This document shows positions 1 to 12,127 of a stretch of DNA of 64,000 bases, in pieces. The position numbers and the translations under genes are program-made. The DNA is taken from NCBI GenBank assembly GCA_038087875.1, contig CM075979.1, positions 39,804,001 to 39,868,000 of the forward strand. Direction: 5' to 3'. Below the pieces are notes generated by a model. That model was given only the letters and a program-made list of their open reading frames with translations, was not told the DNA's origin and ran no database searches. This DNA comes from Malacoraja senta (lineage: Eukaryota). Numbering within the stretch: the stretch's first letter is position 1; each line of letters starts with the position of its first letter.

Positions 1-519
1 AGATTATTGCATGATGCTGTTTAAATATGGTCTAAAAAGTATGCTCCTAGGGCATAGTTCTCAAAAAGCAATGTGTTAACATGTCCAATTGCTGATAACA
101 CTCCTTCAAATGCCACCAAATCACCACATCTCTGTAACCAGCTCATGCAGTTATTCTATGAGTCTGGCAAATACATTTCTCTCAAAGCATCTGGGAAAAA
201 CACTGCAAACAAATATGATGGAACCCAACAAAAATCAAGCAGCAGGTTGCTCAATTTAATCTCAGTGAATGGCCAAGAACAACCATGTTGACCCATTACT
301 GAGCAAGCAGATGAGTGGCTCTGTAACCCTGACAGGAAGTTAGAAATGAAGTTTCATATTTTTTGGCTTAGTATATCCTTTAGAATTGATTAAGAACTCA
401 ATAAAACTATATTACAATGTTTAAAGAAGGTAGAAACAGTTTACAGCATTTACAGCTCATAACATCTTTCTATTGGAAACTAATCGATTTCTCAGTTTCT
501 GGCACCATTCAGGAAATCT

Positions 520-754
520 CTATCCTTCGTTCTTGTTCAGTGTTTTTTGGGCTGTGGCACGAGCTGGGGGTTCCGCCAGTTGTTTTATGAGTGGCTCACA
601 TTTTGTGGGCACACACCCACACTTGGTGACGTAAGTGTAGGTGAACGTAGATGTCTTACTGCCTGGACAAAGTAAGGTGATGTTTTTCTTGCTGGTTTCC
701 AACTCCTGACAGCAGCTACAGTTATGTGAAATCATATTTGCTTCGGAAGAATAC
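520..754 (-). CDS. Mucin last coding exon: second half of cystine knot (YSSEANMISHNCSCCQE...KCGCVPTKC) and stop
   Basis: AG acceptor at 756-755, phase 2 in, TAG at 522-520; CK cysteine pattern. Confidence 0.92.
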
Positions 755-1201
755 CTGTCGTAGAATAAGAGAGGAACGAATTACTCAGAATACAGATTCT
801 GGATAAACAAGGGCACAGTTCTCTAAAAACAATGTGTTAACACGTTCAATACATGTGGAATGGCTGGTAACACTCCTTCACATGCCACCACTCAGTCAAC
901 CACTCACTCAGGGATGCAAAGTGCTGGACGTCAGACAGCAACTGGAGAGCGTGGCGTTTTGTGTCTGAACCCTTCTTCAGACTGATTGTAGAGGAGGGAA
1001 TGAAGGCTGAATGAGAGGAAGGGCAGGACAAGGCCTGGCAGGTAATGGGATGAAGCAGGTGAGGGGAGATTTTGATACTTGGATGGTGGACGAAGGTCTA
1101 AGATGAAAAGACTAAAGGTGTAAGTTTAGGTAAGTGTAAAGGTTGAAGAGTGGCAATTTGTGAAGCGAGGGGAAGGATGTAGGTGGAAGAACAGAAATAG
1201 G

Positions 1202-1478
1202 CAGGGCCAGCCTTAAGCCGATTGGACCAATTGCTCCCAATTGGACCCCGTGCCTAAGGGGGCCCCACGCTAGAGTAATCTACTCTCGGCTCGAGTAGAT
1301 CTGTTTGGTCCATTAACTCGCATGCACTTTTTAAGCACACATTTTGATCACTTTCCATTCTACCATAGAGATATAAAGTCTATAATAGACTGTATTTATT
1401 CTACAGACCTTGGCTGGGAACCTGGGGCTCACCAAAATTATTCCCAATTGGGCCCCGCACCTCCTAAGGCAGGCCCTG
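1202..1478. mobile_element. hAT-type MITE
   Basis: TIRs CAGGGCCAGCCTTA / TAAGGCAGGCCCTG; perfect 8-bp TSD GAAATAGG. Confidence 0.85.
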
Positions 1479-1859
1479 GAAATAGGTGGTTACTGTTGCC
1501 CCTCTCCACTCCTAGCCACCCCCTTCTCTTCACCCCACTCTCCCCCCCCACTGTGCCCCACCTGGGTTTGCACCTATTTCTCCCCTTAAACACCGAAACA
1601 TCTTTACAATAATAGTGAGCAGCTTTTTACAACTGAAGTGCATAGGAATATTTACAGGCATAAGGTGAGGATTCTCTGGGATTCTCACGCCTGGATGGCT
1701 GTAGAGGCTGGATATGGAAGGAGTTAATGTGGAGGCAGATAATTTATAGAACCATTAGGGAATTGAGTTTGATGTGGAACTGGCACAGAAGAGGAGTTGA
1801 GGCCGAGGGGAGATGAGCCATGATCACATTAAATGGTGTGACAGGTTTGAGGCGGTTTT

Positions 1860-2510
1860 CAATCTTGCACAATGGGAGGTTGAATGTAAAGGGAAAATGT
1901 ATAATTAATGGAAGACATTGAACAACATTGATGGACAGAGGGATCTTGGGGTCCAAGTTCATATCTCCTGGAAAGTGCCAACACAAATAGATAGCATAGT
2001 AAATAGTAATTAGTTGGAGCATTGAATATAAGAGTCTAGATGCCATGCTACAGCTTTTTAGGACATTGGTTAGGCTGAATTTTTAGTATTGTGTGCAGTT
2101 CTGGTTGCCCCATTAAAGGAAGGACGTGGAAGCTTTGGAGAGGGTGCAAAGGAGGTTTATCAGATTAATGCCTGCATTAGGGGTATTAGCTATAAAAAAA
2201 GGTTGGACAGACTTGGATTGTTTTCACTGGAATGCCGGAAGTTCAGAGAAGACCTGATAGAAATGTATAAAATTATGAGGCAGTGAGAACCTTTTTCCCA
2301 AGATGGGAATATCAAATACTAAAGGGGATAGCTTTGAGGGGTAAGGGATAAAGTTTAAAGGAGACGTGCAAGGCAATTTTTTTTACAAAGTGGACGGTGA
2401 GCTGCCGGAGGTGGTAGTGGAGGAGGATAAGATCATGGGATTTTTGGATAGGCTGGGAAATTGGGGGGGGGGTTATGGATTATGTTCCTGTGTTGTACCG
2501 TTCTATATTC
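1860..2510 (+). mobile_element. Degenerate CR1 LINE 3' fragment
   Basis: Residual SYKKRLDRLGLFSLE..REDLIEMYKI, typical of the CR1 ORF2 C-terminus. Confidence 0.75.
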
Positions 2511-2534
2511 TATGAATTTAGTGTTGATACGTAC

Positions 2535-2652
2535 ACTGAAGAGGTCATACAGCGCCCTCCACAGGAGGTCATCGGCACTTCTTGTTGTGATCGACATCCC
2601 TTGTGATTGATGTGGGTCACGGTCTTTGTAATACTGCATGTCTTTGGAATAC
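2535..2652 (-). CDS. Mucin exon: first half of cystine knot (CIPKTCSITKTVTHINHKGCRSQQEVPMTSCGGRCMTSSV)
   Basis: 118 nt, phase 1 to 2, GT-AG flanked, C-x-G-x-C CK motif. Confidence 0.9.
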
Positions 2653-3007
2653 CTGCAAATGCAATCAGAATTAAGGATCAACAAACATGACTTAAGATTC
2701 ACAAATGACTTCAACCTATGAAGGAGCATGAGGGTTAAGGGAAGAATTTTAAGATCAGAATATCACCTGATTTTACATTGGTCGGATGTTTTATTTTGCA
2801 GAGATTTTCTTAATTTGTGGGGAGGCACAGGAGAAGAAATCATTTTCCCTTCCATCCCTTTCTATAGTCACCTACATTGAACTCCAGATATTCAGGAGCA
2901 GCACAACTCCGCAGAAAAGGAAAGTTATATTGTTGCACCAGCCAAGCAGTGTTGACTTTTGTGATAAACATCTCAATGAAAATAATAAAGAGCGGTGCAT
3001 TTGCCAC

Positions 3008-3100
3008 AGCTGGTGGAGCTGCTGCCTCACAGCACCAGAGACCTGGGCTCGATCCTGGCTGCTGTCCGTGTGGAGTATGCACGTTCTCTCTATGACCAAT
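3008..3100 (+). mobile_element. Truncated tRNA-derived SINE head
   Basis: gctgcctcacagcaccagagacctgggctcgatcc matches SINE heads elsewhere in the window. Confidence 0.65.
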
Positions 3101-3320
3101 GTGTGCGCAAGGGTCACCCTCACCATGAATGCGTGTGCAAGGGTCACACACACCAGAGGAATATGTGTGCAAGGCTCACACTCACCAGGAGTGGGTGTAC
3201 TAGGGTCACACTCACCATGGTCTTGTGTGCAAGGGCACACTCACCAGAGGAATATGTGTGCAAGGTTCACACTTGCCATGAATGTGTGTGCAAGGGTCAC
3301 ACTCACCAGGAATGCTTGAC
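3100..3320. repeat. ~30-bp minisatellite (tgtgtgcaagggtcacactcaccaggaatg) x ~7
   Basis: Direct repetition visible. Confidence 0.8.
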
Positions 3321-3575
3321 CTGAAGTAGTGTTATGGACGGATTGCACTCAGAGATACTAATCACGATTAAAGATTGATTGGATATCTCAGACACACTGA
3401 CAATTGAATCTCTCTGCCTGTTCCATTAAAATGAAATACAGACACTTCAGTGTCAGCCTATTAATGGCAACTCAAGACCGGGAGAATTCAGTGAGCTGGG
3501 ACTTGATTAAATAATCCGCTCTGTCTAATTCAAGAGCAGGGAGTTATTCTGCAATTGTGTCAGTCTGCTACTTAC

Positions 3576-3615
3576 AAGTCTGACAACAGCCATCCTTGTC
3601 CATGTGTATTGTTCC
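3576..3615 (-). CDS. Mucin micro-exon (GTIHMDKDGCCQT)
   Basis: 40 nt, phase 0 to 1, GTAAGT donor. Confidence 0.85.
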
Positions 3616-3706
3616 CTGTCAAAGAGAATAAACATAAGTTGAAGATAATTGAAAGATCAACGCAATATAATAGAACAAATATTAATTCATGATCAGTCGA
3701 ACTTAC

Positions 3707-3835
3707 AAGCTCACAGTTGGCATGATCCAAACGAGGGCACCATTGATTGTAGATGTTTGGAATAAAGTGGCTCCCTATTTTCTCACATTCATATGTTGTA
3801 CAGTTGTTTTTTCCAACTGATGTTTTTTCTCCAGG
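3707..3835 (-). CDS. Mucin exon (PGEKTSVGKNNCTTYECEKIGSHFIPNIYNQWCPRLDHANCEL)
   Basis: 129 nt, phase 0 to 0, canonical splice sites. Confidence 0.88.
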
Positions 3836-4064
3836 CTGTGGAAAACAGGGAAGAGAAAATAGACTTGTCCATTTAAATGTTCAAATTCGTGAAAATAAGA
3901 CCACTGATTCTTACATCTTATTAACTGTCATGTTGCATTTCTCTCCAGTAATTTGGTCTACAGTTGATGCTACCTTTACTTCTTTGCCTTACAAGTGGTG
4001 GGTTTGCGCAGTTTTCCTTCCACATTTGACTGAAGCTTGCCCCCAATTAAGCTGCTCTGTGTCC

Positions 4065-4360
4065 AGCACTTCAACTCCCCCTCCCATTCCGAATCTGACC
4101 TTTCTGTCCTGGGCCTCCTCCATGGCCACAGTGAGGCCCAGGACAGAAAGGTCAGATTTCAGGTAGTCCTGGCATTCTCCTCCCCTTCCCAGCTCTCCAT
4201 CAGCCCACAGTCTCCGCCTCTTCCTTTCTTCTTCCCGCCCCCCCCCCCCATCCTCACATCAGGCTGAAGAAGGGTCTCGACCCGAAATGTTGCCCATTTC
4301 CTTCGCTCCATAGATGCTGCCTCACCCGCTGAGTTTCTCCAACATTTTTGTCTACCAATG
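4065..4360 (+). mobile_element. Penelope-like element 3' fragment
   Basis: Matches 9470-9530 and carries the ctgaagaagggtctcgacccgaaa terminal motif. Confidence 0.7.
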
Positions 4361-5049
4361 AGCACTGATGTTCACTTTCCCCCTTTCAGAATGTCCCTCC
4401 TCTGACTCATCCATCACTCTGGCAACAGGGAGGCAATTTATCATTTGAGTCCTATTTGTAGCTTCAGAAACACCATCTCTATCCTTACAGTTGAGTCTCT
4501 GAACTGCAAACTCACTGGGGTACCATTCCTATGTTCCTTATAAGATGCCTGACCCAAATTGTCACCTATCCATGCTGTCCAGGGATGCTGACTGATCCAC
4601 TGAGTTACTCAAGCACTTTTTGTCTTTTTTTTTATCAACCAGCATTTATTGTTTCTCCATCTTCCTTATAAATTCACTGGGATCCCATTCTTAGGCTCTT
4701 TATGAACTGACTTTATGAATATTCCAACACTACTTAGAAATTGACCAGGGTCTTGTTCCCAGGCTTTTTATAAACTCCTTGATTTTGTTTCCTGTATTCT
4801 CTTTAAATTCTCCTGGCACATTGGAAAATGTGTGATATTACTGTGTTCCAAGTAAGAAAAAGTGAACGAAACATTTCTTGGGGTACTAACGGGAGTAACA
4901 TCCAAGACTCTGGAGAATCTGCTTATTGAGCACCGACAAACTCTCTGTGCTGGCTTATCAGAGCTTCACTGTGCACCATATAAATGTTGCACTCTCAAAG
5001 AAGTTCAATAACATTTTCAAACACCATTTTCTTTTCATAAAACCACAGG

Positions 5050-5332
5050 CTCAGCAGTAGAGTTACTGCCTCACAGCGCCAGAGATCCGGATTCGATCTT
5101 GCCAGCGGGTGCTGTCTGTACGGAATTTGTATGTACACCTGGTGAGAGCTGCGTGTGATTTGTCTGGGTGCTCCGGTTTCCTCCCACACTCCAAAGATGT
5201 ACAGGTTTGTAGGTTAATTGACCAGTAAAATTGTACATTGTCCCTAGTGTGTGTTGCATAGTATTAGTACGCGGTGCCTGCTGGTCGATAGGCCGGAGGT
5301 CTGTTTCCCCTCCATCTCTAAAGTCTAAAGTC
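5050..5332 (+). mobile_element. tRNA-derived V-SINE (HE1-like)
   Basis: A/B-box head, central gggtgctccggtttcctcccac domain, ctaaa tail. Confidence 0.8.
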
Positions 5333-5754
5333 ACGGTTACGCTGCTCAATTGTCTTGCGATTTTCTCAACGTCTGGCTACTGTTTCTCTGCGGAGAGGTT
5401 CCAGCATTGTGCCAATGACAGTAGACAGGTTATCTGGCCTCGCCATCTTCTTTGGCTACATTGGCTGTTCTTCACTATGCTAGCTTACCAGAATACAGAG
5501 GAATTATTTATGTTTAAGGGACATCTTTCAACCTAAGTTTCCAACTTAGAAACTGTGTGAGAAATTCTACCATTTTAGCAGCTGATGTTGGATACTCCTT
5601 TGCTGTGCGCTCAATAATTCTATCTCATTTATAAATTACCAGATCTACAATTCAATTGAAATTGTCCCCAATGTACTCTGTGAATATCCTCGTGGCAAGC
5701 TTTGGCTTCTCCAATCTATGTGAAGTTTAAAGACATTCGTGATTATTTTCATTT

Positions 5755-6060
5755 TGTTTAATTTAGTTTAGAGGTGCAGTCCAGACACAGGCAAATTGGC
5801 CCACCGAGTCCGTGTCGACCAGCGATCCCCGTACACTAACACTATCCTACACACACTAGGGACAATTTACAATTTACTAAGCCAATTAACCTGCAAATTC
5901 TAGGTCTTTGGGACGTGGGAGGAAACCGGACCACCCAGAGAAAACCCACGCAGGTCACGCGGAGAACGCACAAAGTCCGTACAGACAAGCACCCATAGTC
6001 AGGATCGAACCTGTGTCTCTGGCGCTGCAAGGCAGCAACTACCGCTGCGCCAGGTGCCAC
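5755..6060 (-). mobile_element. tRNA-derived V-SINE (HE1-like)
   Basis: Reverse complement of the same family. Confidence 0.8.
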
Positions 6061-6229
6061 CCGAAAGCATCTGTCTTGCAAGCATTAGACCGTAAATTAC
6101 ACTCTGTCCTTCAGTTGAGCTGCTGAGATTACTTCCAAACTAATTCTACATTTTGATCTTCTGAATTAAGATCCTTTCTTGCAACCTTATCTTCCCTTCA
6201 CACTTGTTAACAATGAAAATATTTATGAT

Positions 6230-6610
6230 GCGTAGGAAGGAACTGCAGATGCTCGTTTAAACCAAAGATGGACACAACAAGCTGTAGTAACTCAGCAGGA
6301 CAGGCAGCATCTCTGGAGAGAAGGAATGGGTGACGTTTCGGGTCGAGACCCTTCTTCAGGCATAGTCACGGGAGAGGAAAACGAGAGATATCGATGATGA
6401 CGTAGCGAGATAGAGAACAATGAATGAAAGATATGCAAAAAAGTAACGATAATAAAGGAAACAGGTGATTGTTAGCTGTTTGCTTGGTGAGAACGAGAAG
6501 CTGGTGCGACATGGGTGGGGGAGGGATAGAGTGAGAGGGAATGTAGGGGTTACATGAAGTTAGAAAAATCAATATTGATACTACTGGGTTGTAAGCTGCC
6601 CAAGCAAAAT
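6230..6610 (-). mobile_element. Penelope-like element 3' fragment with hammerhead-like core at 6332-6359
   Basis: Minus strand CTGAAGAAGGGTCTCGACCCGAAACGTC. Confidence 0.7.
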
Positions 6611-6648
6611 ATTTATGATAACTGGTCTCCAAGAAGTAAAATGCATAC

Positions 6649-6747
6649 CTTAAGGATTATTGGTGGCCTGTTTGGCAGTTCAATTATACATGAAACCTGG
6701 GTACAATTTCCACAACATTGTCCTTCCTGCTTCTTATATTCATAGCC
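6649..6747 (-). CDS. Mucin exon, VWC-type (GYEYKKQEGQCCGNCTQVSCIIELPNRPPIILK)
   Basis: 99 nt, phase 0 to 0, CCGxC motif. Confidence 0.88.
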
Positions 6748-6828
6748 CTGTGGGGAAGATATCAATAATTAGTCCCATTTCATTGACTATAAATGGGATA
6801 ATGAGTGATTAGTGGGATAGATGGTTAC

Positions 6829-6951
6829 CTGTGAACACTGAGTATCACACTTAATGGGCGTGCATGCAATGGCATGGAGCTTGGTTAATGGATCCACATC
6901 TTCAGTACATTTGCAATCCTTGCATGTGTTCTGTGGTACAGTCATTCCCGG
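6829..6951 (-). CDS. Mucin exon, VWC-type (PGMTVPQNTCKDCKCTEDVDPLTKLHAIACTPIKCDTQCSQ)
   Basis: 123 nt, phase 0 to 0, CxxCxC motif. Confidence 0.88.
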
Positions 6952-7724
6952 CTGAAACACAAGTAAAGTTTGAGTTGAGATACTGTTTAAATTTGTGCTG
7001 GGTTTTTAATACAATGGAATGAAACAGTTGGATTTCATACAGTGAAGAAGATAAAACTCTGGAGGTTTATGTGTTTTTGCAGCAAATTCCCAGAATCATT
7101 GACTTCCAAACTCGGCTCAGGATTTTGCCATTTCCCCTTCTTTGAAATTCAAAGTAATCGTGGCTAATTAATTCAAAGCCTCAACACATTCCCATCTATC
7201 CACTTCCTTTCGTATTGAGAATCTTGTGTTACCATGACACTATCTACCTCTACCTTAAAAATAATCAGGCTGGTTCCACCTACCTTTGAGGAAGGGAATT
7301 CAGTGAGTGACTCCATATTGTTAAACATAAATCCTCAGTTCCCTCTTCAGAAGGAACATCTCCTCCTAACACTCACCCTCTCAAGAACACCCAAGCTCTG
7401 ATCTGTTCCAGCCAAGCTCCCTCTCACTTCAAAACCCAACAGATACTAGCCCAACCTTCAACCTTTCATCATACAGCAATCCATTCATTTCAGATATTAA
7501 CCTCTGATTGTTTCCAGTGCAGTGTCATCTTTCCTTATATTAGGAGACTGATGATGTGCACCCTGTCTCGATGTGATCTCACTAAAGCCCAGAGGAACTC
7601 AACTACATTTTCCCGGCGATAAAGGACAATATAATATTAGCTTCCCTCAATACTTGGCATAATACCAGCACAACTGGATCGTTTTACATTTCAGAACTCT
7701 GCAATATTTCTCTATTTAAATAAT

Positions 7725-8038
7725 ATGTTTAGTGAAGTTCAGTTTAGAGATACAGCATGGAAACAGGCCCTTCCACCCACTGAGCCTGTGCTGACCCACG
7801 ATCCCCATACATCGTGATATATCCTACACATATTAAGGACAATTTACAATTTTACCAAAGCCAATTTTAGCCTACAAACCTGTACATCTTTGGAGTGTGG
7901 AGGAAACCGGAGCACCCGGAGAAAACCCATGAGGACACAGGGAGAATGGACAAAATCTCTACATACAGCACCCGTAATCAGGATTGAACCTGTGTCATTG
8001 GCGCTGTAAGGGGCAGCATCTCTACGTTGCGCCACCAT
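7725..8038 (-). mobile_element. tRNA-derived V-SINE (HE1-like)
   Basis: Same family. Confidence 0.8.
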
Positions 8039-8433
8039 GCAGCCCTCCCACTGGACCTATCGATATCCCTTTGTAGCCTTCCTATATGCTCATAACTGAC
8101 ATTCCTGCCAATTAAATTCTAGCTATGATTTGAATTTTTTGCTTTGAAACATGCTCTGCTCCAAATTCACCTCTTACTACATTTTAATGTTTTTCTACCA
8201 TTTGCTCTTCTGAGTGCAAGCAAAGTTTTGTCTACTGTGATTCTTGAATGAGAAAACAGGACAGAAACATGAAAAACTGTACACAGAGCAAGTTAAAATA
8301 TGTTGAGCACCCAAATCGTCGAGGAAGACAGGACCATGGACCCATTGGTCTGTGTGGATGAGTTAGGGCAAATGTCATGTTTCTATGCTGTAAAACTGTA
8401 ATTAGTAACTCAGCATATGTCAGTATACCTCAC

Positions 8434-8474
8434 CTTGTATTCAGTGTCATTGAACACACAGACTTTTTTGGGTT
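8434..8474 (-). CDS. Mucin micro-exon (EPKKVCVFNDTEYK)
   Basis: 41 nt, phase 1 to 0, GTGAG donor. Confidence 0.85.
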
Positions 8475-8607
8475 CTGAAAATGAAAGAATATGCCATTAA
8501 CTTAACAGTTCACATACTTTATACTGCAGCTTGCACTTTGAATAATCACGACAGTGACCATAAACTACTTGCATCACAGATCAACATACTGTAAAAGTAA
8601 CACTTAC

Positions 8608-8712
8608 CACAGGTGTAAGATGGGCAGCATGTATTGTCTTTCATGTGGAGCACTGGCATGTATCCAGTTTTGCAGTCAAATTTCACAGTCGGGCAGTGAC
8701 TTATGTTACATT
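8608..8712 (-). CDS. Mucin exon (KCNISHCPTVKFDCKTGYMPVLHMKDNTCCPSYTC)
   Basis: 105 nt, phase 1 to 1, CCPxYxC motif. Confidence 0.88.
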
Positions 8713-9009
8713 CTGAATAGGCAAAAAATGACGTTAGTTAAGTAAAAGCTCTTTACTTATGACCATGGGTGATATTCATTAGAGAGTTTAATTTTAGGTT
8801 AAACAAAATGTTTCCACTAGTATTTCAATAAATCAAGGCGTGATTAGACCAATTTCCCAATTCACCACAAGTTTTGAGTTCCAACTAGACTGATTAACAC
8901 TGCCCATCCTCTTCAAAATTAATCCAGTGGTGAGCCTATCATTTCTGGTGGATCGTGATCAACCTCAGTTTACAATTGACAACCACTGTTCACTCTTTGC
9001 AAACCCCCA

Positions 9010-9710
9010 GATAGGAAAAGGATTCCTTTGCTCCTCACCTTTCACACTATCAGCATCCGTAACAAACACACAATCCCCTGACATTTCCATCACCTCCAAT
9101 ATGATTCCCACCACCACATATCTTCCCATCTTCTCCTCTTTCCGCCTTCCGCAGAGGCCATTCTCTCCGCAACTCCTTGGTTCACTCATTCCTTCCCACA
9201 CAAATCACCGCCTCCCAGGTACTTTCCTCTGCAACTGCAGGAGATGCACCACCTGTCCCTATACCTCCTCCCTCGCCTCCATCCAGGGACCCCAACAGTC
9301 CTTCCAGATGAGACAGAGGTTCACATGCACCTCTTCTAACCTCATCTACTGCATCCAATATCCCAATATGGTCTCCTGTATATTGGCGAGACCAAGCGTA
9401 GATGAACACTTGCACTCAGTCCGCTAAGCCTACTGGATCACCCACTTGCTAACCATTTAAATTCCACTTCCCATTCCCAAACTGACCTTTCTGTCCTGGG
9501 CCTCCTCCATTGCCAGAGTGAGGCCACACACAAACTGGAGGAACAGCATACCATACTCCGCTTGGGTAGCTTATAACTCAATAATATCAACACTGAATTC
9601 TCTAATTTTAGATAACCTCTAATAGTCTGCATAATAAAAGAAGGGCCCTGATCTGAAATATTGTCTGTCCATTTCCCTTCACAGATGATGCCGGACACAC
9701 TGAATTCCTA
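9010..9710 (+). mobile_element. Degenerate Penelope-like element: Zn-finger linker plus GIY-YIG endonuclease remnant
   Basis: GTFLCNCRRCTTC...FTCTSSNLIYCI..EH in ORF 8927-9427. Confidence 0.75.
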
Positions 9711-10303
9711 AACCCTTTCCTCTCTGAGTACACAGATTTTTTTTAATTTCACATAGGGGTACTTACATCTAGTAATTAAAATTGATCCTATATGCTCTTC
9801 ATGGAGTATTCTAAATGATTAATCTCCCAAGTTGTCTTTTATCAGTAGAACTTAATCTTCGAGAATTTAAGAATCATACAGCACAGAAACAAACCCTTTG
9901 GTCTATGCTAACCTATCCCATTTAACATCTCATTTTTGCTTAAAAATTAATATTTCTAAAATCATTACATAAGTAAACAAGATTCTCTCTTGGCAAAACT
10001 CATAATGCATATGATTTTGCTTTTAAATAATAGAAGATTTCATGCTGGATCTGTGCAATGGAATATTCATACACATTAACTTGGAAGATTAATAATCAAA
10101 ATGTTGCAAAAGATGGAGAGAGAAACAGAATTATTTTCAGGTCTATGATCCTTCCACAGAACTGGAAAGGACATTTCCAGTTCTGATCAAGGGGCAGTGA
10201 GGTGAAATGTTTACTCTGTACTCCTTTGTCCACAGACGCTGCCTGATCTGCTGTGTATTTCAAGCATTTTCTGTTTTTGTAAACGGAGAAAGTGTCCACT
10301 TAC

Positions 10304-10481
10304 TGCACGTGGTTTCTGTACAACATAAGTCGTGTTGGTTCCTTTCAACAACTGGTACAAAGCCTTGTTCTTTGCACACCACTGGAGGTGATATGGGGCA
10401 TTTGTGGGGTTTGCAGATGATGCTCAATGTCGCGTTGCTGCAAGAACAATCCTGACAATTGCTTTGCCATGTTTCACCGAC
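10304..10481 (-). CDS. Mucin exon, VWC-type (VGETWQSNCQDCSC...DLCCTETTC)
   Basis: 178 nt, phase 0 to 1, GETW..CxxCxC motif. Confidence 0.9.
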
Positions 10482-10583
10482 CTGTCACAAACACAAGAAC
10501 ATCAGGACGTTTTTATAAATGCGGAAGCAGAAGGTAATATCATTCTCAATGATAGATATTGGCTGCTCGCTTGATAAACCTAC

Positions 10584-10615
10584 CTGCTTTGGTTTTCCAT
10601 CAGGTCCAATACAAT
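10584..10615 (-). CDS. Mucin micro-exon (NCIGPDGKPKQ)
   Basis: 32 nt, phase 1 to 0; CxGPDG motif typical of MUC2/MUC5 C-termini. Confidence 0.85.
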
Positions 10616-10856
10616 CTACAATGGACATAAAGAAAAATCATAACTAATGTGCTTACTGACTGAATTTGAACCAATATACTAAATGCTTCTTAATCCACAA
10701 AGAACATATAAAATACAAAGAAAGAAAGATGATGGATAAAATTAAGTGACTGCTGATCAGAGGAGCCAGCATTGCCTCAAGTGATGGTCAGTCAGTCACT
10801 CACAAGACAATTAACCAAAATAATCACTGCAATAATATGCACTTTCAGCTGAGTTA

Positions 10857-11094
10857 AGGGCCTGTCCCACTTTCATGACTTAATTCACGACCTTTTTTAC
10901 TCGTGGACATTTTTCAGCAGGCTAGAAAAAACGCCGCGACCTACTTGATGCCACGAGTACCTACGACTAGCATCACGACCTGCTATGACCTACCTAAGAC
11001 CTCCTACGACCTCATGACGACCATGCTGTGAGTATGAGTCAAGGGCAAACTCGGCAGAGGTCGTGAATTAGGTCGTGAAAGTGGGGCAGGCCCT
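10857..11094. mobile_element. PIF/Harbinger-type MITE
   Basis: ~36-bp TIRs AGGGCCTGTCCCACTTTCA...; flanks TTA and TCA. Confidence 0.75.
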
Positions 11095-11282
11095 TCACTT
11101 TCCTGGATTTTCTCTCAAGATGTGTTCCATCATTCCCAATGTGCGGAACTCTCCCTACAATTCTCACATGATATTATATCCCTTCTCTGCAGTTGTCAGG
11201 GTAGTTCTAGTTAAGATTCAATTGCGGGAACTTGGTAGTGGTGATACCAGACCTTGTAGCGGTTGTACAGAAATATACTTAC

Positions 11283-11392
11283 TACAGCTATCTGTACAGA
11301 TGTGTCCGGGCTCAAACAGGATCTTCCCATCAGGACAGAAGCAGCCTTCATCAAATCCACCCTTATCACTGGGTGTATTTTTATCATTCGAT
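11283..11392 (-). CDS. Mucin exon, TIL domain second part (SNDKNTPSDKGGFDEGCFCPDGKILFEPGHICTDSC)
   Basis: 110 nt, phase 2 to 1, EGCFCP motif. Confidence 0.9.
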
Positions 11393-11505
11393 CTAATCAC
11401 AAAAGGGAGCATTAATATTGTGCACTGAGTGAAGGGGAGAAGGAAAACGAGAGAATGATTTTTGAATTGTCAGTGAGAATGTTTTGCAAAATATATGCAA
11501 CAAAC

Positions 11506-11575
11506 CTGGACCCACAAGTTGGCTGCTCCTTTGATGCACATGGTTTATATTCCATCTTTGCAAGGCAGTGATATG
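11506..11575 (-). CDS. Mucin exon, TIL domain first part (SYHCLAKMEYKPCASKEQPTCGS)
   Basis: 70 nt, phase 1 to 2; bridges the phases of the flanking exons. Confidence 0.85.
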
Positions 11576-11770
11576 CTGGATTAAAATAAACAAGAGATCA
11601 AGAAATTAGGTATCAAATCTGAAATTCCACGATTGTCCAACTCTTTTGGTTAATGGTTACCATGCTGGATACTCTTTCTCACTTTCCTGATACTCTTCCC
11701 TGTTTTCTGTCAGGATTCATAGATTCACATAGTTATGGAGCTGTACAGAACAGAAACAGGCCCTTCGTCT

Positions 11771-12127
11771 AATAATAATAATAATAATAATAATGGATTG
11801 GATTTATATAGCGCCTTTCTAATACCCAAGGCGCTTTACATCGCATTATTCATTCACTCCTCAGTCACACTCGGTGGTGGTGAGCTACTTCTGTAGCCAC
11901 AGCTGCCCTGGGGCAGACTGACGGAAGCGTGGCTGCTAATCTGCGCCTACGGCCCCTCCGACCACCACCAATCACTCACACACATTCACACACATTCACA
12001 CGCAGGCAAAGGTGGGTGAAGTGTCTTGCCCAAGGACACAACGACAGTATGCACTCCAAGCGGGATTCGAACCGGCTACCTTCCGGTTGCCAGCTGAACA
12101 CTTAGCCCATTGCGCCATCTGTCGTCC
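11771..12127 (-). mobile_element. tRNA-derived SINE of a different family, with (TTA)n tail
   Basis: B-box GGTTCGAATCC, gtgtccttgggcaagacac core, GCGCTATATAAAT 3' end, (aat)7 on + strand. Confidence 0.75.

Noticed and set aside
1-519. Mucin polyadenylation signal
   Set aside because: No AATAAA on the minus strand; only an ATTAAA near 255-260, insufficient to call
2786-3324. Cys/His-rich ORFs
   Set aside because: Products of the 30-bp minisatellite and SINE head
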